A DNA stretch of 64,000 nucleotides from Alphaproteobacteria bacterium (GCA_017465405.1 JAFTWG010000012.1:3692-67691), one strand, 5' to 3'. Counted from the first letter of the stretch, positions 19,918 to 29,945 are shown. Made by a program: numbers and translations. The notes: a model not told the origin generated them from the sequence alone.

Positions 19918-20376
19918 TTAAACATCTAAATATTCCAAAAATCTTTTGCAACCTTCAACAATATCTTGATAAGTTTCATCAAAATTTCCGGTGTACCAAG
20001 GGTCTCTGATATTTCGAGGACTATCCGTAAAATCTAACAAACGAAAAATTCGGCCCTCGGTATCAAAACCGACTATTGTTTGAATATCCGTCACATTAGC
20101 ATCATCCATCGCCAAAATATAGTCATAACGCACATAATCCTCGGGCCGAATACAACGCGAATAGTGTTCGGTAAAAGGTATTTTTTTATCAATCAATATC
20201 TTTTTTGTTCCATGATGAATGCCGGCATGGCACATTTCATTATATTTTTCGGTAGCTGCGGAATCTATTATAAATTCATCTGCCAAACCTTGTTCCTCCA
20301 CCATTTGCTGAAACACAAATTGAGCCATCGGAGAACGACATATATTACCTAAACAAACAAATAAAACTTTTATCAC
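19918..20376 (-). CDS. low-molecular-weight protein-tyrosine phosphatase (LMW-PTP / ArsC-like fold)
   Basis: N-terminal P-loop VLFVCLGNICRSPMA (CX5R(S/T)) and the DPWY motif near the C-terminus. Confidence 0.85.
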   Translation of the reverse strand: MIKVLFVCLGNICRSPMAQFVFQQMVEEQGLADEFIIDSAATEKYNEMCHAGIHHGTKKILIDKKIPFTEHYSRCIRPEDYVRYDYILAMDDANVTDIQTIVGFDTEGRIFRLLDFTDSPRNIRDPWYTGNFDETYQDIVEGCKRFLEYLDV

Positions 20377-20491
20377 AATAACCTCTCTTTATCAAAGCAT
20401 ACATAATTATAAAAATATTTCACTAATTTTTCACAATTTATTATCAAAATATGTGTTAACATATACATATATTGATAATTAGAGGATAGAT

Positions 20492-21562
20492 ATGAATATT
20501 TTTTTGTCAGAAGAATGGTGGAAGACTGCAACCATTGAAGATATAAGAACAGAACTTAATGACGGAGCCGATGCCCAAAAAAGAAACGACAACGGTATGA
20601 CCCCACTTATGTATGCTGTATCAAGCTGGCAAAACAACAATCCCGAAACAATTAAAATTCTTATAAAACACGGAGCAGATGTCAACGATAAAGACAATGA
20701 CGGAACTACGGCTTTAATGTATGCCTGCAAATATAACAGCAATCCGGAAATTATCAAAACATTGATAGATTGCGGAGCTAATATAAACGAAAGAAACGAA
20801 AGTCGCACAACTCCGTTTATGTATGCTTGTGAATATAACCCTAATCCGGAAATTATTAAAACACTGGCAAAATACGGAGCAGATATTAATGAAACAAACG
20901 AATATGGACGAACTCCGCTTATGTATGCAAGCTCAAGCTGGTGGAATACCAACCCTAGAATTATAAAAACCTTGGTTGAAATGGGTGCTGATGTTAATGC
21001 CAGAGATAAAAATGGTATGACTCCGCTTATGTACGCTTGCGAATATAATGAAAATACCGAAATTATAGAAACTTTAGTAAAATTGGGAGCTAATATTCAC
21101 ACCCAAAACGAATATGGAATTACCCCGTTAATGTATGCTGCAACCAGCGAATGGAACGACAATATCGCAACATTAAAAACTCTGCAAAAATTAGGAGCAG
21201 ATATAAACTCCGCTAACGAAAAGGGAACTACTACCCTTATGTATGCAAGTTATCGTAGTGAAGATACCACAATTTTAACTACATTAATCGAACTAGGTGC
21301 CAATATCAGAAAAAAAGATTATTCCGGAAAAACTGCTCTAATGTATTCTGTCTTGTATAATAACAACATAGAAATAATCAAAACCATAATTAAACTGGGT
21401 GCCGATGTAAATAATCGTGATAATGATGATATGACCGCCCTTTTATATGCAAGTATTGATAATAAAAATCCGGAAATTATCAAAATTTTGATTGAAAACG
21501 GAGCTGATATAACCGCTAAAGATAAACACGGAAAAACAGCTATCGACTACGCCCAAAACTAA
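20492..21562 (+). CDS. ankyrin-repeat protein, ~10 tandem 33-aa ANK repeats, no signal peptide
   Basis: Iterated G(M/T)TPLMYA....NPEIIKTL(I/V)..GADVN..(D/N)..G repeats with 99-bp periodicity at DNA level. Confidence 0.85.
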   Translation: MNIFLSEEWWKTATIEDIRTELNDGADAQKRNDNGMTPLMYAVSSWQNNNPETIKILIKHGADVNDKDNDGTTALMYACKYNSNPEIIKTLIDCGANINERNESRTTPFMYACEYNPNPEIIKTLAKYGADINETNEYGRTPLMYASSSWWNTNPRIIKTLVEMGADVNARDKNGMTPLMYACEYNENTEIIETLVKLGANIHTQNEYGITPLMYAATSEWNDNIATLKTLQKLGADINSANEKGTTTLMYASYRSEDTTILTTLIELGANIRKKDYSGKTALMYSVLYNNNIEIIKTIIKLGADVNNRDNDDMTALLYASIDNKNPEIIKILIENGADITAKDKHGKTAIDYAQN

Positions 21563-21744
21563 AAAAATTTTATATTGAATTTTATAAAAATTTTGTCTAT
21601 AATGAATCCATATTTAAATTATGTTGGATACTATTGTGCGTTGTTCGTTTTGTTTTGGTTTTATGACCATTGCTTTTCGTTATCGTATTAACAGTGGTCC
21701 GACAAATAGAAAACTTTTTTATTAACTTATAAATTCAAAACATT

Positions 21745-22368
21745 ATGAAAATCGGAAAAATTAACGTGAACGTTAAAGTAGGTGATGTAACTGCAGAGAA
21801 TGTGGATTGTATCGTAGTACCCCAGTTTAGAAGCGAGGCTTCGTATGGTGGTGTCGGTCGTTCAATCTATGGCGCCGGAATGCGTAGAGGACTTGAGCTC
21901 TATGACGACATTGTCAATGCAAATCCAATCAATTACGGAGATGCAGTCATTACAGAATCAGGACGAGACGGTGTATGGCTTGCCCATGTTGCAACTGCCG
22001 GTGCTAATAAAGACACGCTCTTCAAGGCGGTTTTCCAAGCAGTTTTCAATGCCCTTAAGGTTGCAAGAGCCAAAGGTGTTAAGTCGATTGCTATTCCCGA
22101 GTTAGGAACCGGCGTCATCGGCTCGCTGACACAGGAACAGTCGGCTAAAGCTATCCTCGGCGCCGTAGTGCACTTTACCAGCATTTTTGAGAATGCCGGC
22201 ATTGAAAACATCACTGTCTGCGTATTCCGTGGCTCAACTGCTCCGGCTGAGAAAGTCCTCACCCGTATTTCGGAGATGGATATAAACCTCTTCGAGAAAG
22301 GCGAGAAAGAGTTTGACTTCGAAGCTTGGGCGGTAGAGATGTGCTTGAATGCATCCATGAATCAGTAA
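21745..22368 (+). CDS. macro-domain (ADP-ribose-binding/processing) protein
   Basis: VDCIVVPQF...GGVGRSIYGAG resembles the macro-domain core (D-x-IVNAAN...GGGV..AI). The gene is visibly GC-rich (~50% by eye) relative to the ~33% flanks. Confidence 0.5.
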   Translation: MKIGKINVNVKVGDVTAENVDCIVVPQFRSEASYGGVGRSIYGAGMRRGLELYDDIVNANPINYGDAVITESGRDGVWLAHVATAGANKDTLFKAVFQAVFNALKVARAKGVKSIAIPELGTGVIGSLTQEQSAKAILGAVVHFTSIFENAGIENITVCVFRGSTAPAEKVLTRISEMDINLFEKGEKEFDFEAWAVEMCLNASMNQ

Positions 22369-22388
22369 ACGGTTACGTAAGTTTTCAA

Positions 22389-22414
22389 AGAGAGGCCAAG
22401 CCTCTCTTTTTTTA
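22389..22414 (+). terminator. terminator after the macro-domain gene
   Basis: AGAGAGG-ccaagc-CCTCTCT followed by TTTTTTT. Confidence 0.75.
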
Positions 22415-22484
22415 TTTATTGTCAAACAGCAAAAAATATGTTATATAAAACTCCTATTTCAAATTATTCTAAACTTATTAGCCT

Positions 22485-22955
22485 ATGAAAAAAATTATCG
22501 ATTTGCTACAAGCAAAAGATTATGAAACGGCAAAAAAAGTTGCTAAAGAGCGAAAAATCAAGAGAAGTATAGTTCACGAAAATCAGCTTCTTAATATGAT
22601 TAAGCATTGCTCTCTGATTTCACCCGAAGCAGAGATTATTCGTATTCTCAGCTACCGCAAACTTTTTTGCCATGATTATAGTCAAGAAGTAGAAGTAATT
22701 GAACAATTTGCAATTACTATGCACAACTGGAAACAGGTTCAATCTCTTATCAGAGAATATCCTCTTTCCTTTAATGCGCTATTTTTGTTTATCTGCAAAG
22801 TGTATCACAATGTGAACAACAAAAAGGCCATGGAAACATTTTTCCTCTACAACGAGCTTTATGACTTCAACAAGGTTGTGTGGCCGGAAGTTTATAAAGA
22901 ACTCTGTCAGGAGATTGTTGCACAAATTGCAATTAAGCACAGTTTACGTAAGTAA
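22485..22955 (+). CDS. hypothetical protein, 156 aa
   Basis: Clean ORF followed by a terminator (GGCTCCC-tccaaat-GGGAGCC-ATTTTTT at 22961-22989). No motif recognised. Confidence 0.5.
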   Translation: MKKIIDLLQAKDYETAKKVAKERKIKRSIVHENQLLNMIKHCSLISPEAEIIRILSYRKLFCHDYSQEVEVIEQFAITMHNWKQVQSLIREYPLSFNALFLFICKVYHNVNNKKAMETFFLYNELYDFNKVVWPEVYKELCQEIVAQIAIKHSLRK

Positions 22956-23043
22956 TTCAAGGCTCCCTCCAAATGGGAGCCATTTTTTGTATATTGATAT
23001 TATATTTTTTATATAATATTATCTTAAAAAAAAGAGGTAGAAA

Positions 23044-23511
23044 ATGATAATAAGAAATTTTGCCAAAGAAGATTTATCCCAAATTTTAGAACTTTGCCGA
23101 GAAGTAAGACAACACCATATTGATATTTTAGACGGATATTTTACCGAACAAGATGACAATTTTGAACAAATGGCATTTTTAGCTTCTCTTGAAGATGAAA
23201 ACACTATCGCTTTAGTTGCTGAGGAAAACGGAACAATTTGCGGATATTTGCTGGCAGATATAAAAACCGCACCTTATTTGATAGCCCCCCATATTGCTCA
23301 TATCGGAAATTTTGGAGTTAAGAAAGAAATCAGACATCAGGGTATCGGTAAAAAATTGATGAACCATTTTTTTGAAATATGCCAAAAACGCAATATTGAT
23401 GAAATAAGGCTCGGTGTTTATAACAAAAATGTTGATTCATACAAATTTTATGTAAATTACGGCTTTGAACCGATGGAACAAAAAATGGTATTCAAATTAC
23501 CTAAGCAATAA
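23044..23511 (+). CDS. GNAT family N-acetyltransferase
   Basis: Acetyl-CoA-binding motif (R/Q)xxGxG/A in IRHQGIGKKLMNHF. 155 aa. RBS AGAGGT. Confidence 0.8.
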   Translation: MIIRNFAKEDLSQILELCREVRQHHIDILDGYFTEQDDNFEQMAFLASLEDENTIALVAEENGTICGYLLADIKTAPYLIAPHIAHIGNFGVKKEIRHQGIGKKLMNHFFEICQKRNIDEIRLGVYNKNVDSYKFYVNYGFEPMEQKMVFKLPKQ

Positions 23512-23566
23512 TATTCAACAAAAAACCTCCCCTGCTACAAAACAAGAGAGGTTTAATTTTATATTT

Positions 23567-23926
23567 TTACTTAACACATTTATAAGCAACAACAGCATCA
23601 ACAAGTTTATCATTATTGAATATATTTTTATGATAACTATCTATAACAACAAAATCAGCCCCTTGTTCTGCTGCAACTTCTTTAATTTGATTTACAGAAG
23701 ATTGTAAATCCCAAGCCCACTTACCAAATAGCCATCCTTTATTAAGAGGATTATCAACTAATGCTATTTCCTTATATTTACATGTCGGCATTGTTTTATA
23801 ATAAACAGCAACCTTTTCCGGAGAATTCGGTTCGTGATATATGTTAGGATTACCTAGTCTTACCGTATGAACTTGACAAGCATTTAGAAACAACATCGTT
23901 GCTATTACAAAAAAAGATTTTTTCAT
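23567..23926 (-). CDS. small lipoprotein, 119 aa
   Basis: Lipobox MLFLNAC following a hydrophobic signal region. Confidence 0.55.
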   Translation of the reverse strand: MKKSFFVIATMLFLNACQVHTVRLGNPNIYHEPNSPEKVAVYYKTMPTCKYKEIALVDNPLNKGWLFGKWAWDLQSSVNQIKEVAAEQGADFVVIDSYHKNIFNNDKLVDAVVAYKCVK

Positions 23927-24324
23927 GAAACTTCCTTTCTAAATAAAATTAATCGCCTTGATGAGAGGCGACCGGAAGTTCATACCTATTACAAGAATAG
24001 TGCAGTATATTCGACATATTCTACTGCCTTCCGGCCAATCAGACCAAAAGGCAGTTTTACGCCTGTTAACAGACAACTTGTAGAGGGTATGAAACCTCAC
24101 ATAGGTAATCAACCTATGCAGAATTAGGCTATTTTATTTGTTATCTATTGTCAAATACAATTTTTATTTAGAAACATATATTTTATTCTAACATTGATAT
24201 AAAAGACGGAGAATGCGGCAAATAATAAGAAATGAAGAAAAAATTTTTTGAGCGTACAAAGAGGTACGTAATAAAAATTTTTATCTGATATTTCTGTATT
24301 TAGTTGCCCATTATACGTCTTTTA

Positions 24325-24855
24325 TCAGTCTTGTATAGGCTTGCACCCGCAATACCTTTGATTATAAAGATTTAAATCTTTTGTGAGAAAAAGTCGACGC
24401 TCTTGCATTCCTGATTTGCGGGCTTCTATTTCTATGTAGGGTACAGATGTTTTTTGTGAGGCTCGCTGTGCAGCTCGATTTACTTGTGCCAAATCTTTCC
24501 AACGAGAAGCCCCTAAAACAGAAGCAACTGCATCAAATCCGTTAGATTTTGCATATTCCATGACTCTGATAAGACGCATTTCAAAGCATATATCACAGCG
24601 TTTACCTCGCTCCGGTTCGTTTTCCAGACCTTGAGTTAAAGAACACCAACGTTCGTTATCATATTCCAGAGATATAAAATTCACCCCATATTTTTCGCAA
24701 ACAGTTTTATTTTCTTGCAAACGTTTTTCATATTCGGCAAAGGGACGAATATTAGGATTATAAAACACCACTGAAAAATCGGCTTTTTCTTGTGCCATTT
24801 TTTCAATTACGGCACAAGAACAAGGGGCACAACAAGATAACAATAAAATTTTCAT
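24325..24855 (-). CDS. queH: epoxyqueuosine reductase QueH (DUF208 family)
   Basis: N-terminal MKILLLSCCAPCS motif and downstream Cys pairs typical of QueH. Confidence 0.75.
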   Translation of the reverse strand: MKILLLSCCAPCSCAVIEKMAQEKADFSVVFYNPNIRPFAEYEKRLQENKTVCEKYGVNFISLEYDNERWCSLTQGLENEPERGKRCDICFEMRLIRVMEYAKSNGFDAVASVLGASRWKDLAQVNRAAQRASQKTSVPYIEIEARKSGMQERRLFLTKDLNLYNQRYCGCKPIQD

Positions 24856-24943
24856 TATATTCTCCTATCGCCAAAATACCAAAAAACAAAAAAAAAGCAA
24901 AAGGTTTTAGTGCCTTCTGCTTTCTTTTAATTTCTTTTCAGAC

Positions 24944-25360
24944 TCAAAACAGATACACAAGGGCATCTGAAAGTTTTGAGAAAATAGCTACGGGAGCACC
25001 GCTCACGCGATCCTGCAATTCATAGGTTGACTTTGCCGGAAGATAAACCAAGTAATCAAACTCCGTCTCTCCGAGAAATACTTTCTCAAGAGAACGATTC
25101 TTCTTGTTGGCCTTAACAATATCCGTAAAGTAACCGGACTTGCCCTTTGCGTAAAAAGCGTAGAGCTCTGCACTGTCATTGCGAATACCGTTGATTTGAT
25201 GCGCTAAAGCATAAAACTCCTCGGGGAAGGCTAATTTGCCGGCCATTTTTTTGCGGATACCGTTCAAAATTTTGATATCGGCAAGAATACCATAAGCTAC
25301 ACCCTCGTCTTTTTTGATTCGTTCTACAACAACCTGCAGATCTTTTATTTTCTTGTCCAT
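24944..25360 (-). CDS. SUKH-like (SMI1/KNR4-type) immunity protein, paralog 2
   Basis: 138 aa cytoplasmic protein with the motif FPEEFYALAHQINGIR. Paralogous to the adjacent 137-aa gene: FPDEYFSLVKYSNGLR, shared ...GET(E/S)(F/Y)DYLVY....YEL/YQLRD. Confidence 0.55.
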   Translation of the reverse strand: MDKKIKDLQVVVERIKKDEGVAYGILADIKILNGIRKKMAGKLAFPEEFYALAHQINGIRNDSAELYAFYAKGKSGYFTDIVKANKKNRSLEKVFLGETEFDYLVYLPAKSTYELQDRVSGAPVAIFSKLSDALVYLF

Positions 25361-25447
25361 AACGTAAAATAATTAAGGATTAGTAATCTGAATATCGAGA
25401 TAATACTAATCCTTTTTATTTTTTATGTCAAGCTTTTTTGTCAAATT

Positions 25448-25861
25448 TTACAAAAACATATATTCGACAGCTTGAATTATTGACGAAAACGAAAACACAA
25501 CATCATCTTTTATTTTGTCACGTAATTGATATTGCGAAACACTATTATCATAAACTAAATAGTCATAAGAGGTTTCACCTAACACCGAAACAGTATCGTA
25601 GTCTTCTCTGTCAAGCTCTTCGTTCATACGCACGGCATCTTTGAAATTACGATTATCGTCAAGCGGAAGTATTGCATAAAGCTCCCCCTTATCGCTTCGT
25701 AATCCGTTTGAATATTTTACCAAAGAAAAATACTCATCAGGAAAAACTGCCATTTCTTCTTCAGCCAAATATTTTCTGGCATCAATGTTATGGTGAACAT
25801 CAGCACGTCCGCCCATAACAATCACACCTGAAGCTTTCAGTTTATCAACTAAATCTTTCAA
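25448..25861 (-). CDS. SUKH-like (SMI1/KNR4-type) immunity protein, paralog 1, translationally coupled to the upstream toxin
   Basis: 137 aa. Its start overlaps the stop of the 470-aa gene by 4 nt. Motif VFPDEYFSLVKYSNGLRS. Confidence 0.55.
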   Translation of the reverse strand: MKDLVDKLKASGVIVMGGRADVHHNIDARKYLAEEEMAVFPDEYFSLVKYSNGLRSDKGELYAILPLDDNRNFKDAVRMNEELDREDYDTVSVLGETSYDYLVYDNSVSQYQLRDKIKDDVVFSFSSIIQAVEYMFL

Positions 25862-27270
25862 CGTCCGCCCTCCCTATCTACGGCAAAATCTCTGTAGGTT
25901 TTACGGTCTGTATAATCATTACGACGAGGAGTTGTATAGCTTTCGGTACCGACTTGCAAATATACGGTTTCTTTTTCGGTATCATGCAAATTAACCAAAC
26001 GAAAAGCTGTATCGTCTCTTATGGTATCAACTGCATGCTCAAAACCCTCGTGATTCTGCTCATTCGGAAAATCTACCACTGCTGCAAAATTTTCAAGATC
26101 ATCAATTTTCATAGCATTTTCTTTTAATAACGCTGCATCTTGAACATACATCTTATGGTGAACAGACAATTTTGGATGAGGTTCAGGATATTTATTTACA
26201 TTTAACGTTGTTGTTCCTCTTTCTTTTATTTGCTCAAACAAGTCATTAATATATTCTTTGCATACACCACGACTTTCCAAAACTTTCCTTAGGCTTGACA
26301 TTTTTTCATTGTCTTTTCCAAACTCTTTCCAAAATTTGATACGCGCCCCTTCATCACATTCTTCATTCAATCGGTTAAACTGAATTTTTTGGTTATCTGC
26401 CGGAGCTTGTCCGCCATTTTTCTCTTTATAAAGGATATGTGCAACGTCTGAAATTGTCATACCGTCAACTACTTCTTGCGGAATATGTTGATTTTTTATT
26501 GCCGCTTTCAAATCCGGAATAAGTTTAGACATATTTTCACTTAAAGACATAGCTTGAATTGCAGGATTGCTTTCCCAATCATAGTTTTCCGGTAATTTAC
26601 CACCGGCAATAAGACCGCTTGTATTATTACCATGCGGATCAGCAAATTTTACATATCCGTGAGAATAACCTTGACCACTTTGGGTTGATACTTCCGTCGG
26701 AGTTGTAAACTCTCCCTCAAAAGCAGCTCTAATAACCATTTGAACATTGTGTTCGGTTTTAACATCGGGAATTCTTTCAATTTTACGACCATGAGCTTTT
26801 AAAATTTCATTATAAGCTATTCTTTTTTCTTCTGTAGGATTGTGTCTAAAATCTTCAAGAATAACTCTCACAATTTTTTGTCTCATTGCTTCACATGCTT
26901 CTCTTAAAGCATTCGGACCTTTTCGAGAGTCAAAATTACGAGTGTCCATTTTCAGCTTATGTCTAAGATACGGACTATAATCTCTATTTTTATTAATAAG
27001 TTCTCCGCACATTTTAAAACTGTCGTCGTCGTATGCGTGAACTCGTAAAAAAGAATCTAAAAGCTTGATATCTATAACATCAGTTTCCGAAAAGCCTCCG
27101 GTACCTACTCCTGAACCACCGCTCGGAGGTGTACCTCCCCCTCCACCAGCCATTGCTCTGTGAGCTATGCCAACTGGAGTTGCATTACTCACCGAAACTC
27201 TAATTCTTTGGCGTTTTCTTTTGGGAGCTTCTTCACCACTATTTTCTTTTTTGTAAACATTATCGACCAT
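25858..27270 (-). CDS. putative polymorphic toxin (470 aa). Basic N-terminus, Gly-rich linker, C-terminal effector domain of unrecognised type
   Basis: No signal peptide. KRKRQR patch, then MAGGGGGTPPSGGSGVGTGG linker, then a ~400-aa domain. Two SUKH-like immunity genes follow immediately. Confidence 0.5.
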   Translation of the reverse strand: MVDNVYKKENSGEEAPKRKRQRIRVSVSNATPVGIAHRAMAGGGGGTPPSGGSGVGTGGFSETDVIDIKLLDSFLRVHAYDDDSFKMCGELINKNRDYSPYLRHKLKMDTRNFDSRKGPNALREACEAMRQKIVRVILEDFRHNPTEEKRIAYNEILKAHGRKIERIPDVKTEHNVQMVIRAAFEGEFTTPTEVSTQSGQGYSHGYVKFADPHGNNTSGLIAGGKLPENYDWESNPAIQAMSLSENMSKLIPDLKAAIKNQHIPQEVVDGMTISDVAHILYKEKNGGQAPADNQKIQFNRLNEECDEGARIKFWKEFGKDNEKMSSLRKVLESRGVCKEYINDLFEQIKERGTTTLNVNKYPEPHPKLSVHHKMYVQDAALLKENAMKIDDLENFAAVVDFPNEQNHEGFEHAVDTIRDDTAFRLVNLHDTEKETVYLQVGTESYTTPRRNDYTDRKTYRDFAVDREGGR

Positions 27271-27416
27271 ATCAAACTCACTTTGTTGTCATTTTTTGTC
27301 TAAAATTAGATTAACATAGTTTTTTTAATATTACAATCATAAAAATTAAAAAAATCTTGATTAAATTTTCACAAAAAGCCATAATCGGCTCAACATAACA
27401 AATACAAGGATATAAA

Positions 27417-28484
27417 ATGAAAATATTAGTAGGGTTAAGCGGAGGTGTCGATTCGGCAGCAACGGCCTATTTGTTGAAACAAGCCGGACACGACGTAATC
27501 GGTGCCACAATGTCAATATGGGACAAAAACACCAATTTCCGCGGCAACGAAAGTGCTGACGGTTGCTTTAGTCCGCATATTGAACAAGATATCGAATCTG
27601 CTCGCAAAATTTGTAATATTCTTGATATTCCTTATTATGTATTTGACTGTGCTGAAGAATACAAAAAAACGGTTTTGCACAATTTCAAAACCGAATATAT
27701 GAGCGGTCGCACCCCTAATCCTTGCGTTTTATGTAATTCAACAATTAAATTTGATGCCCTGCCAAATACTGCTCGTGCAAACGGATTGGAATTTGAAAAA
27801 TTTGCTACCGGACATTATGCCCGTTTAGAACTGAACAATAATGGACGCTACCAAATTATGAAAGGATTAGATCCTAAAAAAGATCAGTCTTACTTTTTAT
27901 ATCGCCTTTCTCAAGAACAGCTTTCACGCATTTTGTTGCCCATCGGCGGATATTCAAAATCCGAAGTTCGTGATTTTGCCCGACTTGCCGGTCTGGAAGT
28001 TGCAGACAAAGCTGATAGCCAAGATTTTTATTCCGGCAACATTAATGACATTTTGCAAAATGAACCTAAGGAAGGAAATTTTGTAGATAAGAACGGAAAA
28101 ATTTTAGGTAAACATAGCGGATTTTGGCAATTTACCATCGGACAAAGACGTGGCATGGGTGTTTCTGCCGAAAGACCGTTATATGTAATCGGTATAAACA
28201 AAGACAAAAACGAAGTAATTTTGGGATTTGATGAAGATACCTTACAATCATCACTTGTCTGCAACAATCTTTCATGGATGGCCATTGAGGGAATAAATTC
28301 ACCTAAAAAAGTTATGAGCAGAATACGTTCATCTCAAATACCTACTCCGGCAACAATTACACCTTTGGAAAACGATGAGGTGTTGGTTGAATTTGACACA
28401 CCGCAAAAAGCTATTGCCCCCGGTCAATCAGTCGTATTTTATGATGAAGATATTGTATTAGGCGGCGGTTTTATCTGCAAATAA
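27417..28484 (+). CDS. mnmA: tRNA-specific 2-thiouridylase MnmA
   Basis: PP-loop SGGVDSA at the N-terminus. Conserved Cys (CNSTIKF) and the C-terminal domain. Confidence 0.9.
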   Translation: MKILVGLSGGVDSAATAYLLKQAGHDVIGATMSIWDKNTNFRGNESADGCFSPHIEQDIESARKICNILDIPYYVFDCAEEYKKTVLHNFKTEYMSGRTPNPCVLCNSTIKFDALPNTARANGLEFEKFATGHYARLELNNNGRYQIMKGLDPKKDQSYFLYRLSQEQLSRILLPIGGYSKSEVRDFARLAGLEVADKADSQDFYSGNINDILQNEPKEGNFVDKNGKILGKHSGFWQFTIGQRRGMGVSAERPLYVIGINKDKNEVILGFDEDTLQSSLVCNNLSWMAIEGINSPKKVMSRIRSSQIPTPATITPLENDEVLVEFDTPQKAIAPGQSVVFYDEDIVLGGGFICK

Positions 28485-29945
28485 CTACTGCAATTTTTCG
28501 GAAAGAATTTCAAAATTAAGCAACTGCGGTAAAATAATGTATTTACCTTTGTCAGAATAATAAACATATAAAGGAACGCTGCTTCTGCCATATTTTGAGA
28601 GAGCCTCCCCTATTTCTTTGTCTTTTGAAGTCCAGTCAGCCTTGAAGAGGTGTATTTTTCTCTCTTTAGCCAAGTTTGTAAAATCATCGCTATATAATAC
28701 AACTTCTTCATTTGCCAAACAGGTCAAACACCACTTAGCCGAAAAATCTATAAATACTTTCTCATTGTTTGCAATCAAGGTTTCTACTTTTTCCGAATCA
28801 TATTTTTGCCAAATTTTATCATTAACGTTTATATTTCCCCACAATACCCACAGCAACCATGCACAGGTAACAAACATCGGTAACGCAAAAAATCTTTTTA
28901 ATATCAACATCCATTTTCCCGGTCTGGGTAGAATTTTCTTCATAAATTCGGGGAAAAATCCGGCTAAAGTAAAAGGTAAAGAATACCCTAATGCCAAAGC
29001 TCCAAACACCGTAAAAAATACACTTGCAGGCACATTAGAGGTCAAAACAAAACCTATTGCAGCTCCCATAAAAGGTGCTGCACAAGGACTGGCAATTAAA
29101 ACCGATAACAGTCCGGTAAAAAACGAATTTACCGGCATTGTTTTTATTCGGATATTAACTCGTATAACATCAAGAAACATCAACCCCAGAACAAAAAACA
29201 CGATCGCCATAATTGTTACAAAATAAGCTGATTGCAGTTGAAATCCCCAACCTAACATTTGTCCTTGTTGCTTAAAAATCCGCAAAATAAGAGCTATTAT
29301 CAAAAAGCTGAAAACAACTCCAAACATATAATTCAAACCATCAACAATACTTTGTTTTTTATTTTTTATTCGAATAATTCCGATTATTTTTATAAATAAA
29401 ACCGGAAAAACGCAGGGCATTAAATTTAATATCAAACCACCGACAAAAGCAAAAAGAATCGCATGCCAAAATGTTTCTTTTTCTTGCGATGTAAATTCCA
29501 ATTTGTCTTGCACAAAAACTTCAGGTGTAAGAGTAAAATGTATCTCTTCGGGAACACATTCATCTTTACAAGACATAAAGGAAACTTCAAATTCAGGAGT
29601 AACATTGTTATCAGCTTTAATCATAGCATGATACTCACCGAAATTTTTATACGCATTTATTCCAAATCCGTGATACAGAATATCCTCGCCGATGCTCCAA
29701 CTTTCATCAATAATATCATAATCCCCTTTGCTCCATTTTACTTCAGCCGGCATCCCGAATTCTCCCGGATTATGAGAATGAATATACCAACCGTTTTTAG
29801 GTTTAAGGATTAAATTGATAACAACATTTTCTTTATCCGTTGATGCTGTCAACTCTGCAACTGCTTGCGGTGTCTGCTTTTCAATGGCAGACACCGTTGC
29901 ACAATAACAACATAAACAAAAGATAAAGAATATTTTTTTTATCAT
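28485..29945 (-). CDS. dsbD: thiol:disulfide interchange protein DsbD
   Basis: Signal peptide, N-terminal DsbD-alpha domain, central multi-TM core, and a C-terminal thioredoxin WCLTC. Confidence 0.8.
   Translation of the reverse strand: MIKKIFFIFCLCCYCATVSAIEKQTPQAVAELTASTDKENVVINLILKPKNGWYIHSHNPGEFGMPAEVKWSKGDYDIIDESWSIGEDILYHGFGINAYKNFGEYHAMIKADNNVTPEFEVSFMSCKDECVPEEIHFTLTPEVFVQDKLEFTSQEKETFWHAILFAFVGGLILNLMPCVFPVLFIKIIGIIRIKNKKQSIVDGLNYMFGVVFSFLIIALILRIFKQQGQMLGWGFQLQSAYFVTIMAIVFFVLGLMFLDVIRVNIRIKTMPVNSFFTGLLSVLIASPCAAPFMGAAIGFVLTSNVPASVFFTVFGALALGYSLPFTLAGFFPEFMKKILPRPGKWMLILKRFFALPMFVTCAWLLWVLWGNINVNDKIWQKYDSEKVETLIANNEKVFIDFSAKWCLTCLANEEVVLYSDDFTNLAKERKIHLFKADWTSKDKEIGEALSKYGRSSVPLYVYYSDKGKYIILPQLLNFEILSEKLQ

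Noticed and set aside
20479-20952. 157-aa minus-strand ORF inside the ankyrin gene
   Set aside because: Antisense reading of the periodic ankyrin repeats. The plus-strand protein is clearly genuine.
20500-21560. Possible CRISPR array or minisatellite suggested by ~99-bp periodicity
   Set aside because: The periodic units are in-frame ankyrin codons with no spacer/repeat alternation. No cas genes are present anywhere in the window.
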